DNA from: Eledone cirrhosa
Lineage: Eukaryota
Direction: 5' to 3'
NCBI GenBank assembly: GCA_964016885.1
Contig: OZ024740.1
Span: 264,864,001-264,928,000 of the forward strand
Length of the DNA stretch: 64,000 bases
Shown: piece by piece, positions 17,030 to 28,675 of the stretch
Layout: each line of letters begins with the position of its first letter
How positions within the stretch are numbered: position 1 is the first letter of the stretch
Notes under the pieces: generated by a model
Told to the model about the DNA's origin: nothing
Database searches by the model: none
Seen by the model: only the letters and a program-made list of their open reading frames with translations
Position numbers and translations under genes: made by a program

Positions 17030-17204
17030 TTGACAGTATCGGTAGAGGGTCGAACGCCATGCTTTGCAGCATAGAGTTACGGCCATTAATGATTTGAGTT
17101 CAAACCGCCGAGGTTAACTTTGATTTTCATCCTTACGGGGTCGATAAAATTAAGTACCAGTAATACACTGGGGTAATTGCTGGCCTTGTGCCAGAAGTAG
17201 AAAC
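17030..17204 (+). mobile_element. Short-tail tRNA-derived SINE with TSD
   Basis: 'cagtatcggtagag...gagttcaaa..ccgaggttaactttgattttcatccttacggggtcgataaa...gtagaaac'; flanked by 'ttacacattg' on both sides. Confidence 0.85.
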
Positions 17205-17529
17205 AATTGTTACACATTGTTGTGCTGCCATGTTAATGTTGTAATATCTATGAGGTATCTTTTATTAAGCAACTTCTTCAAACTACTGTTTTGTGGCTAC
17301 ATAATTTATGTGTATTATACGTCACAAACAGAAAATAACTGCACAGTATTTGCTACAACTATCTGCCACCAATCTCCAGAGATTTTGTATATAACACCAC
17401 GATCTGTGTCGTGTAACAACATCTCGGCCTTGTGGTAATCTCCGTCTTACTCCAACACTTGCGATTAGAGAACTTTCACTATTCAACAATCTCACTGTAT
17501 CTAGCTCTCCCTCCCTGTCTAATCATCTC

Positions 17530-17720
<191 letters not shown>

Positions 17721-18184
17721 CGCGTATACATGTATACATATATACATACTGGGTGTCTGAATACGCTTGTCATTATTATATTTTATTTCTCTTTCAATTT
17801 AGTCCCAAAAGGTTTCCAGTTTCTTCAAATGTGTGACCTTTGTTTATATCAAATGAACAAACAACTCAAATCATTAAACGTAAGGAGGACCACAAAACGT
17901 AACTCTCTTTTATAATGTAAGAAACGTTGTGCTTATTGTTAAAGTATAACGAAATGTTTTGAAATATTTGATTGAGAATAACACATAAGTGAAAAAATAA
18001 GATGACCAGGGAGTATATCTATAAGATTTCATTCGAGGTATTATTTATAAAGCCTGCTTCCAGTCAGAGCCTATACTTTGTGTCATAGAATATTGGGGAC
18101 GCTGTAGTGATTGATATACAAAAAATATTAAATGTCTACAGAAAGGGCGCCATTCTTTTTAGGTTAACGCTGACACTGAATTAA

Positions 18185-18185
<1 letters not shown>

Positions 18186-18276
<91 letters not shown>

Positions 18277-18298
18277 GATTACTACTACTACCGCTACT
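18186..18298. repeat. (CTA)n/(CTG)n trinucleotide repeat
   Basis: Direct reading. Confidence 0.95.
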
Positions 18299-20089
18299 AT
18301 GTAAATCGAAGGTTGCTTTTAGTGTAATGGTTCTCCAAATCATCCATTATATATTTGTATGACCGAGTGTATGACTATTTATGACTAACATATACGATCA
18401 AATAATAGGGGAGATAATCCGGAATCATAGTTATAAACAAAACAAAAAAAAACTTTCTCAGTCTTCGCATGCTTGGTATTCAACTCAATATAGAAACAAA
18501 TAGATTTAGCGAAAATTAGTCAGGTGTATTTTCTCAATATTTATGAACTCGTGCAAAAGTGTTTCTTCCATTAACACATTTGATAATGCAACTAGAATTC
18601 GTTCATCTATCTATTTTGGCCTTCGAGGAACGCTTGCAATATATGTATTAAGGATTTTTTTCTTTCTCTGTCTATCTCTTTCTTTCTTTATTTCTTTTCT
18701 ATTGACCAGAAGACATAAACTGAATTTAGGAATCTCTACGCAGAAAATTGATTTCAGTAATGCGTCCGCTCACGTTGACCTGGCCATTTAGCTGTAAGTT
18801 ATATAACTGCGGAATAATAACACTGATTCTATTAAGGAAAAACAGAAAATCGACTAACATATAAAACTATTCCAGCAATGCCAAAATGACCAGCTATTAT
18901 ACAGAGAGATACACCAAAAAGTTAATCTCTATTTACAAAGCAATTGCGCAGTCTTTTTTTTATTAATTTCGACCACCGTAATTTTTTTTTGTTGGTGTTA
19001 TTTGTTTTTATAGATTTGTTCGTGTGTTTTTTTTTTTATATACTTCGTCATTAAAGAATCTCAGGCTTTAATGGAGGAATAATTTTTTGTATGGAGATTT
19101 AAATAGTGTAAAACTATTTTTGAGAAAAGGAGAAGTGATAATTGATTTAGTAAGAACAAAATTTCTAATACAGATGCATGACGTAAATTTATATAAATAA
19201 TAGCTCAGGCATGGCTGTAAGTTTAAGAAGTTTTCTTCTGCACCTTGTGGAAGTCACTTCTACAATAGCTTCTAGCTGACTAGTACCTTTATAATGGAAT
19301 TTCGTATTTGGAAACTGTAGATTCGCTTTGTGTGGGGAAGCCGATTAAATCGACCCAATACTTAAATGAAAGTTTATTTTGTTGACCACGGAAGAATGAT
19401 AGAGAACCTGAGCAAGAATTGAACTGAATGATCTATTAATTACCGGTATGCAATGTCGTGCTGAGAGGATATGGTGAGGGTGATAAATCCTTCAGAATTT
19501 CCGTTATTAGAAGCCAGGCTTATTTACATTAGCTAGAAGATTTACTCGATGTATAATATTTACCGGTATTAAAATTACGTATATATTTTTATTTTCTTAT
19601 ATAAACTAAAAGGTTATATTGTCTGTGAGATGAAGTTTGTTGAATTGGTGAATTCTTACAATTACATCCGTCTCGCGTTGGGAATTAACTGCGTTTTCGG
19701 TTTGGTGTTTTGAATCTGCCCCCCAGTCGTAAAGAAACGGTAAGATGGCGGCTTGTAAGATCATGTGTATGTATGTTAGTCCATCTGTGTACATCAGTTT
19801 TCCGAATACTCACGCACAATAATTAATGAACAGTGTGTCTATATTATAAAGTATTCCAAACAAAAATAAGATATTGATTATGGAAGCAATACTTATATCG
19901 CAATATGGTACCATTATCAATACCCATTATCATACTAGCCAACGAAGAAAGTATATGCATGGGTGAGAAACACGTAACATGTGTCGTGTGTATTTAATGG
20001 TCAATTTTAACAATCAAAATCCGGTATGAAAATAATAAAATAATGGAAAAGCAAGAACTGTCAATAACAAGATAGAATACATCCATGTA

Positions 20090-20345
20090 AGGTCCCGTAA
20101 CTCACCTTATTGACAAACGGCGTTTCTAGGAGATTGTAAACCTGAAGGAATCCATCTCCTATCCACATCTGAATACAGCAGAGTTCTTCTAGAAATTAAG
20201 AGATAGACAGAAAAAAAATGAAAGGAGATATAGAAAAAGATTCAAGCCCCAGTATTGACCTCGGTGAGTAAAGAGAGTAAAGGCTGAAACGAATATGGCA
20301 AAGCATTCTATCTGACGTTCTATCAACGTTCTCAATTCACCGTCT
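20090..20345 (-). mobile_element. tRNA-derived SINE, long-tail subfamily (internally deleted)
   Basis: 'ggtcccgtaactc...tattgacaaacggcgtttctaggg...ctgaatacagcaga...tctgacgttcta' is the reverse complement of the family consensus. Confidence 0.7.
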
Positions 20346-21120
20346 ATAACAACATAGAACATGTATGCCTATAATAAAAAAGACAGGAAAAGTAAATTTA
20401 CAACACACCTGAAAAAGAAAAATGCGACCGTAATCGACATCAATTGTTCACAAAATTAAAACACCTATAACAATTGTTGTTACTAGGCCTTATTTGAAAA
20501 TATGAGAATATTCTAAACTGAAAAGTAGTTGTGTTTTCCGCTCATCAGGAATTGACATGTTCCGTTTCTAATCTACACTGCGTCTGATGAGCAAATAAAT
20601 CCTGGAATCGAGCTGATTTGTAGCCGACTACAGCTTCAAGCTACTCATTTGCCAATCACGTGCTATGCATGATTACAAATGATATATGATGAACTGAAAT
20701 TTCTACAATCAGCAAACATAATGAACAAAATCATTCAAGAAGTATTCTGTACGAAAAACAATCCAAATATTGTACAAACGTAATTTCACAGAGCATAATA
20801 ATAAGTAGTAATTCAGCAACGGGTTGAGACAGAATTTATAACATTTTATTAATCTTACATAAGATTTTACAACTGAAAGAAAAACAAAGCAAGGATAGTT
20901 ATGAATTTTTTAAATTTTTATTCGATACCATTATATGGAAGTAGATTCATATACTGGTAACGAATCTTAAAATAATAAATAAAATGAAAAAAGAAAAGAA
21001 TAAAGCTATTCCTACATATATTATTGCTTCCTCGGAAAATCAAAATTGCTTACATCAATATGAATTTGAAGAGAGAAGGATAAACGATTTTATCAACATT
21101 GTAGAACAGGGGCAGAATTG

Positions 21121-21183
<63 letters not shown>

Positions 21184-21211
21184 TGGTTACACAACAGTTA
21201 TTTCACCATAC

Positions 21212-21249
21212 CGAGAACAATTGTTACAGAATAGCGGATCCTCAGCTCG
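21212..21249 (-). ncRNA. Minimal type I hammerhead ribozyme (GAAA mutated to GTAA)
   Basis: cgag-CTGAGGA-tccgctattct-GTAA-caattg-TT-ctcg; stem I cgag/ctcg, palindromic stem III. Confidence 0.65.
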
Positions 21250-21419
21250 TAATGGACATGGTTTTACGGAACAGGAAGGACAACCGTACGAACGCGCATG
21301 CGCAGAAACGAACACTTCACACAGGCAATACTAAAATGCGTGCGAGGTGTAAGGGAGATAACTGCGAAAGTCCGAAAAGTTTATAGTTGAGAGAAAATTA
21401 GGATGTGGTTGTAATTCAA

Positions 21420-23237
21420 TCCGGAGCTTTGTAGTTATGAAAGAGATGTTTCTAGACGTGTGGACAACGTGAGAATAATTCAATTCTCGTGTTTAGGCAA
21501 TCACTATTGCGTAATCTCTTTAGAATATTTATTCGTTCATCATTACATAGTCCACACGACGGATTGCCCCTTGCGGCTTGGACTTAGTGATGGCTTTCCA
21601 TTAAACGGAGTAGTCTATACTTGAGTCCTTGAAGGACCATACGTGGCTAGCGAGTTTCGTGGATGAACGTCTGTCCGGGTACCTAAAGGTCGAATGATGG
21701 TTCAGGAAGCGTTCCTTAAATTGGCCCTCCGCCATATCAACTGTGGTTGATTTGGTCGGTTGGAAGTGACCACATCTTCATACATTAAATCGGCCCTCCG
21801 CCATACCCACATAGGATTTGACCTCCTGTGGTTGGTTTAATCGGTTGGAAGTGACCACAGCTTCATATACTATAGCGGGTGTGTTGCATTGCTGTTGAAG
21901 GGGACAAGCTTCGGGCTTACGGCGCAGAGCACCCTGGTGCGGTGTTGCTCTTAGGGCTGTGGGCCTTCATGTTATTAGCGCAGAGGTATCCTAGTTTTAC
22001 TTTGTGTCGGTTAAAGATGTAGCGGTATTTATGACCTATGGGAGAGTGTCTAGCTAAGAGGGCTAGAAATGTTTCGCCTACATTGGTTTTAACGTTGAGT
22101 GAGAAGGGAGGAGAGAAGCAGATAGTTTGTCTAATGTTACGCTTTCTTTTCTTATTGCTGTTGTTCATAGTGGGAGAGTAAGTGATAGGTTGCGAGTAGC
22201 CGCTGTTAGCTAACGCCGTGTTAGAGGAGAGGTTTGAAATTCTAGTACTGATATTATTTACGAAGTTTCTAAAAACAGTGGGAGGGTGGCAGGAGTCCTT
22301 GTGAATGTAATTGAGTTTTCATGGAGACGTCGAATAGGTCTGAAGTTGTTGACTTCTTTGCCCAGGCTACTCTGTCGTTGAAGAGGATGGTTTTCCAGCA
22401 GTGAGCGATGATTTCCCTGCCTAGACCATCGACGGTAGTTTAAGTGGTAGCAATGTCCAAGGCTTTGTTTAAGAGTGTCTCTGAGATCGACGGGTAAAAA
22501 TCAACAATGTCAAACTGCTTTTTTGGATTTGAAGGAGTTAAACCAATTAATTACGGAGTCGCTGTTCTCCCACTGGGACAGGTTGGACTTGGTCTTAATC
22601 GTCTTAACTATGTTTCTAAGTATGGCCTTACTGACTAGTCCCATATCTGTGCGTGCCGGGTTTATTTGTCTACATGTGGAGTTAGAAATAAAGTCTACCT
22701 TGTGATCTTTCAGGATGAGGAACGCCTCCCGCTTAGCTAGAAATTGTAGCTTCTTATCTACCTTAAGGGCGGCGGCAAGTTCTTTGGCTTTGGTATTAAT
22801 GTCGTGGTAGGCCATAGGGTTAGCTTTCTTATATTTGGAACTAATAGCGCCAGGTGGCGGAAAGTGGTGTTGTCGACTTCGTAAATATTATTAGCGTTTT
22901 CTGAAAGAAGGAGAGTGCTATTAGAAGACCTAAATTTCTTAATATCATTTCTAAGTTTAGTTTGAAATGTGTTAGGGTGTTTGCGAAAGGAAATGTTGGC
23001 GACTAAGTCAAGAAGGTCCGCCTCGAAAGGAGCAAGTTCAGTTACCTTAGGAGGGTAGGCTCTCGATTTAAGGTTGAAGGTGTTATGAGTGCCTGTAATT
23101 TTGCCGTAAAAAGCTAGGGCTCGCCATCTTAAGCGTCTGACGACATCTTCCGCTTTTTGTAGGAGAAGCTTTTGGTAAACATGGTTAGAGGGAGTGGGAA
23201 TGTTCTTCAGGGAGTAATCCAGTTCGTATAAATCCAT
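21420..23237 (-). pseudogene. PLE RT/GIY-YIG polyprotein pseudogene (frameshifts; RT motifs B and C apparently deleted near 22350)
   Basis: ORF pieces 22758-23237, 22510-22815 and 21917-22168; ~75-bp internal duplication at 21720-21870. Confidence 0.8.
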
Positions 23238-23720
23238 ACCGATTTAAGGAACGCTTCTTGAACCACCAGTTTACCTTTAGGTACCCGGACAGACGTTCAT
23301 TCACGAAACTCGCGAGCCACGTATGATTCCTCAAGGACTCAAGTATAAACTACGCCTTTCAATGGAAAGCCATCAGTAAGTCCAAGCCATACGCAAGGGG
23401 CAATCCGTCGTGTGGACTATGTATTGATGAACGAATAAATATTCTAAATAGGTTACGCAATAGTGATTGCCTAAACACGAGAAATTAATTCTTCACACGT
23501 TGTCCACAAGTCTGGAAACACCTCTTATATAACTACAAAGCTCCGGATTGAATTACAACAACATCCTTATTTTCTTATCAACTTTAAACTTTTCGGACTT
23601 TCGCAGTTATCTCCCTTACACCTCTCGCACACATTTTAGTATTGCCTGTGTGAAGTGTTCGTTTCTGCGCATGCACGTTCGTACGGTTGTCCTTCCTGTT
23701 CCGTATAACCATGTCCATTA

Positions 23721-23758
23721 CGAGATGAGGATCCGCTAAGGTGAAACAATTGTTCTCG
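23721..23758 (+). ncRNA. Minimal type I hammerhead ribozyme (C3 mutated to A)
   Basis: cgag-ATGAGGA-tccgctaaggt-GAAA-caattg-TT-ctcg. Confidence 0.65.
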
Positions 23759-23853
23759 GTATGTTGAACTAACTGTTGTGTAACCACCTCTATCTAACTC
23801 GTCACATGGACTGAGTTCTCTTCAACTGCGGATATTACCTTCCAGTGTTCTAA

Positions 23854-23924
<71 letters not shown>

Positions 23925-23986
23925 CATAAACAATGATATTAAATAAATGGAAACTATATTTGTCAATATTTATAAAACAAACTTTG

Positions 23987-24047
23987 TATTTTATCTGATG
24001 AGGGCGTACCAAAGTTTTGGTACCCTTGAAATATATATAATAGAATA
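23987..24047 (+). ncRNA. Type I hammerhead ribozyme with intact core
   Basis: tattttat-CTGATGA-ggg(c)gtacca-aagttt-tggtaccctt-GAAA-tatata-TA-atagaata: stems I and II pair, stem III is palindromic. Confidence 0.8.
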
Positions 24048-24085
24048 AATATTGTTTTACAAATATAGTTTCTATTTATTTAATA

Positions 24086-25056
24086 CTAGCAGTAAAGCCC
24101 GGCGTTGCTCGGGGTCGCTCAGTAGCTGTGTTAAAGTTACAATGTTAAGTTTCTTCCTTGGCTTAAAAACTGTAGTGTCTACTGTGCAGACTTGCATGTG
24201 TTGTTTTTGATTAATATTCCCTCAACCAACAATATGCCTTATGAAGTTAAGAAAACATAACGATAACCCCAATGTTATAACAAAAGAGGATGCTGGGGAT
24301 AGAAACTGCACTGGTTATTTATTAACAAAGATCGAAAATGTAAACACTGCAACGCAGAGAAAAACATTAGCGTAACCAAATTATCAGTTATGTCTGTCTG
24401 CACGCCTATATCACCTCTCTGCACGACTGTCTGTCTGCACGCCTATATCACCTCTCTGCACGACTGTCTGTCTGCACGCCTATATCACCTCTCTGCACGA
24501 CTGTCTGTCTGCACGCGTATATCACCTCTCTGCACGACTATCTGTCTGCACGCGTATATCACCTCTCTGCACGACTGTCTGTCTGCACGACTGTCTGTCT
24601 GCACGCCTAACGACGAAATATTTGCTTGTTTTACGTAGTCTTTAAATAGACTTGTTTTCAAGTAAAAATATTGTTTTAAAATGCTTTTAAGTGGAAATGA
24701 AGCAAAACGAAAGCTTAGTGTTCGAACTGATGAATTTTGCAGGTCAATATTTTGCTGGCTCGACAACTGTTAATGTCATTTTAAACGCTGAGAAAGCCAG
24801 CGTAATTTTTTACGTAAGACGCTCAATGTAAACAGAACAAAGGGAAATAACTGATAACTTACGCTCAAAAATCGATACATTATATTCGATTTCGTCACAT
24901 AGGGTGGGTCAATTTGAAATTTTTTTTTCCGATGTCTTCGCTAGGGATCAATGTACAAGTATAGCAATTTCGGTGCAATTCCGTGAGAGATTCTAAGAGG
25001 AGATGTGTGCCAAAAATCGATAGACAGACAGACAACCACAGTTTTATATATATAGA
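24086..25056 (-). mobile_element. Non-autonomous Helitron
   Basis: Minus strand A|TCTATATATA...(CTGT)n 5' end; 3' hairpin CCCG-agcaacgc-CGGG plus CTAG|T; termini resemble the 15272-15868 element but the interior is different. Confidence 0.8.
24391..24607. repeat. 37-bp minisatellite, about 5.5 copies, inside the Helitron
   Basis: Unit tgtctgtctgcacgcctatatcacctctctgcacgac starts at 24391, 24428, and so on. Confidence 0.95.
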
Positions 25057-25157
25057 TCATTGAATATTATACTCCAGAAAACTTGTCGAGTACTTTCAAT
25101 CAGTTATGAACATTTATTTTTGTTTAATTACCAACAAATTGAATATCCCTTTTGCTT

Positions 25158-25416
<259 letters not shown>

Positions 25417-25649
25417 GAACAATCATTGAGAATGTCACAGTAATTAGATTATTAATAATATTGAATAACCATCCGGTAACTAAACTAACTGATGAATAAA
25501 TTTGTTGCTTAAATATAAATAAACTGAAATGAAACTCAGCTGATAAGTATATTTTTATTGGCAGTATGGTTCTTTCAAAGCATACACACACATATCTACA
25601 CACATCCCCCCGCCATATATATATATATATATAGATAGATAGATATATA

Positions 25650-27925
25650 TTAGAAAGTGAGGTTTTTTTTACAAAATGAAAAATAACCGAGGTGTCCTAC
25701 ACGAGTGAAAGTATAAAGAAAAAGAGATGAAATCGAAAATGCAACTGGAGTCTTATTTTTTTTTTAAATATATATATTTATTTGGTTCCTTTACCGGTTT
25801 CGCAGTTCTTCTGCTTTTCAAAAGGTGAGTTGAGATGGAGGGTCTGTGGTTTTTCTCACATCTGGTTGGTCTCTGAAGGTTACTTGTTTTATATGGAAAA
25901 AGTGGCTCGAAATGCCAGGGTTTTCGAGAAGTAATTTGATTGGTTTGTCAATAATTATAATAAATTTCGCGTCAGTTCGCGTTACAATAGTTCTTCAAAT
26001 AAGAGGGGGGGGTCACAGGTTGTTTTTTCATATATGAGTGTTTGAATTTCTTTTTACTTGAAAAAAGGAGGCTCACGAAGGCTTTCTTTTGGTTGGTTAT
26101 AAATGAAATTTGGCTGTCACGTGAACAAGTTTTCATTAAATTTGTGTGCCCTTATTTGGAAATCTATTCTGTAGCCTTTTTAGAGAATTTTTTGATAAGT
26201 GAAAGATAATGGTCAAGAGAAAGGGATGGGAGAATTTTTCTGGTTCAGTGAATATGGTTAGTTCGCTGGGGTGTCAGAAATCAGATTTTCTATTGAATAA
26301 AGAAAGTAAAGATATGTATGTTTATTTGTGTGCTTGTGTGTGTGTGTGTGTTGTGTGTGTGTGTGTTTGAATTTCTTTACTTAAAAAAAAGGTGGCTCAC
26401 GAAGGCTTTTTTTTAATAAACGTGATTTGATTGGTTATAAATGAAATTTGGCTGTCACGTGAACAAGTTTTGATTACATTTTTTGCGCCCTTATTTGGAA
26501 AACTATTCTGTAGCCTTTATAGCGAATGCTATGACAATGGAAAGATAGTGGTCAAGAGAAATGGGATTGGGAGAATTGTTCTGGTTCAGTGAATATGGTT
26601 AGTTCGCTGGGGTGTCAGAGTTCAGATTTTCTATTGAAGTGAAGATATGTATGTTTATTTGTGTGCTTGTGTGTGTGTATGTGTGTGTGTGTGTGTATGT
26701 GTGTATTGGAAGATGATTCTATTAGTAGAAATGGGGGGGGGGGAGTTGTGTGTGTGTGTGTATATGGGTGTTATGTGTGTGTGTGCGAGTATGTTAAGAT
26801 GGAGAGAATATATATTTTGTGTGTGTGTATATATATGTGTGTAGGAAAGTGATTCTATTAGTAGAAATGGGGAGGAAGTTGTGGGTGTGTATGGGTGTTA
26901 TGTGTGTGGGAGTATTGTTAGCATGAAGAGAATATATATATATATATATTGTGTGTGTGTGTATGTGTGTGTGTAGGAAAGTGATTCCTTTAGTAGGAAT
27001 ATTTTTGAATAAACATATTTTCCTTACTTATTCGTATTTGCTGTTGTATTGTCAGTGCAAACGTATGTTAAGGTTTATTTAGTTCGGGTTTTTATTTTCT
27101 AAAGTAGAAGGTGTTATGTGTGTGTGTGTGTGTATGTCATATTATGGTGTTGACATAATGTATATTAAACCATATTTAATGTTGGTCAATATTTTTGAAT
27201 AAACATATTTTCCTTATTTATTCGCATTTGTTCTGTTGTATTGTTAGCGCAAAGGTACAATGGGAAGACTTGGAATTTGGGTGTCTTATTACTTGCGCAA
27301 ATGTCTAGATGTGCACTTAGTGGTATCTGTCTCGTGGTTGGATTTCGTAATTGTTGGCGATGTACTGTCATTCTGTGTCTGAGTGTGAGTTTAGTTTGTT
27401 CTATATAATCTTCATTGCATCCTTTACATTTAATGGCATACACTACATTTTTTGATGAGCAAGTGAAGTGATTTTTTACAGTAAAATGTTGTCCTGATTT
27501 AAATGTATACGTGTTACCTTTAATGAGGTGAGTGCAGGTTCCACAATTAGAGCGACCACTTTTTTTATATTTGCTTGTGGGTTTGTGGTATGTAATTTGA
27601 CATTGGTGAGTAATGTTTTCAGTGATTTTGGTTGTCTTTTGCTTTTGATTATGTTGTGTGTTTCAAGGGCTTTCTTCATTCTTGGGTTTTGTTTTAGTAG
27701 TGGGATGTTATTGTAAATAGTGTTGTAAGCTTCCGCATTTCTTGGGTTGTGTGTTGAGATATATGATAGAATATTGGACGTACCTTGAATTTGTTTCTGT
27801 TTCCGTAATTCATCAATGCCTATTGCTTTAGCCCTTTCTATTCCATTATTTATTAGTAATAGTGGGTACTCTCTCTTCGAGTAGAATTTCCTTTAATTCT
27901 CGAAGTCTTTTATTTCGCGTTTCAA
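25650..27925 (-). mobile_element. 5'-truncated Neptune-type Penelope-like element (GIY-YIG end plus long 3' UTR with internal duplications)
   Basis: 27186-27443 YAIKCKGCNEDYIEQT..RMTVHRQQLRNPTTRQIPLSAHL is homologous to the C-terminus of 56779-58353; ~320-bp tandem duplication at 26035-26345/26360-26700; 26995-27065 duplicates 27188-27255. Confidence 0.85.
25788..25825 (-). ncRNA. Minimal hammerhead ribozyme, degenerate core
   Basis: cctt-TTGAAAA-gcag-aagaa-ctgc-GAAA-ccgg-TA-aagg; all three stems intact, core deviates from CTGANGA. Confidence 0.6.
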
Positions 27926-27939
27926 TATATATATATATG

Positions 27940-28675
27940 AATAAAGTGGTCCTTCATCAGTGATCTTCCAACCATCATCATTATTTCTTCGCTTTAAAGA
28001 CCATATACCTCCGGTTGGTGCGAGCAAAGGCAAAAGAAAGTCGTTGGGACACGTAAATAAAGGGAACAGCGAGAGTATAAACAAACAAAGATGGTGAAGC
28101 AACGAGAAGTGAGGAAGAACGAGTCAAGTCCCGAATTTCCATGAATATAAGTTCGGTGAAATCGTGAACGAGAGAGAATAAAGACCATCAATCCTGGTTG
28201 AAATGTGAGCAAGGAAGGAATTCCGCACAGGTCTAACGGGAGGAAGAAGGGGTCTAGTCCGTGAATTCGGTGAACATAAGTTCTGTGAAATCGGAGACGA
28301 GAGAGAGAAAAAAGGCGACCGGCCTGGCCAAGCGTGCGAAAGAAAAGAATTACGCACAGGTCAAACGGGAAGAAGGAGGAGGAGTAACAGACAGTGAGTG
28401 AGTGAAGGGTGAGGAAGAGGCTGACAGAGAGAGTGACTGTTAGAGAGGGTAAAGATACAGAGAAAGAGGAAGCAGTGAGAATGAAATAGACGGGTCAAAG
28501 CGGGGGGAAAATATGTGTATATATGAGAATAAACGTGCTGCGTGGTTGCAAATGGGTTACATATGGGACACGTAAATAAAGGGAACAGCGAAAGTGTAAA
28601 TAAACAAAGATGGTGAAGCAACGAAAAGTGAGGAAGAACGAGTTAAGTCCCAAATTTCCATGAATATAAGTTCTA
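27940..28675. repeat. Unclassified insert between (TA)n runs with ~110-bp internal direct repeats
   Basis: 28045-28155 matches 28565-28675; additional partial repeats at 28215-28370. Confidence 0.7.

Larger units (their letters stand above)
21183..23837 (-). mobile_element. Decayed Penelope-like retroelement (Naiad-type) with an inverted copy of its 3' end at the 5' side
   Basis: N-terminal YSLKNIPTPS...RRLRWRA; RT motif FDIVDFYPSI (~22490-22520); thumb IHKDSCHPP; CP-x4-C-x4-IVYEA and YVGMAEG..KERF..H GIY-YIG segment; 21183-21724 is inverted relative to 23239-23787; both flanks are (TA)n. Confidence 0.85.

Noticed and set aside
20540-20612. Two divergent CTGATGAG motifs
   Set aside because: No matching stem II/GAAA/stem III could be built on either strand
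24391-24607. 37-bp repeats of CRISPR-like length
   Set aside because: Contiguous tandem units with no unique spacers, no cas genes, eukaryotic context
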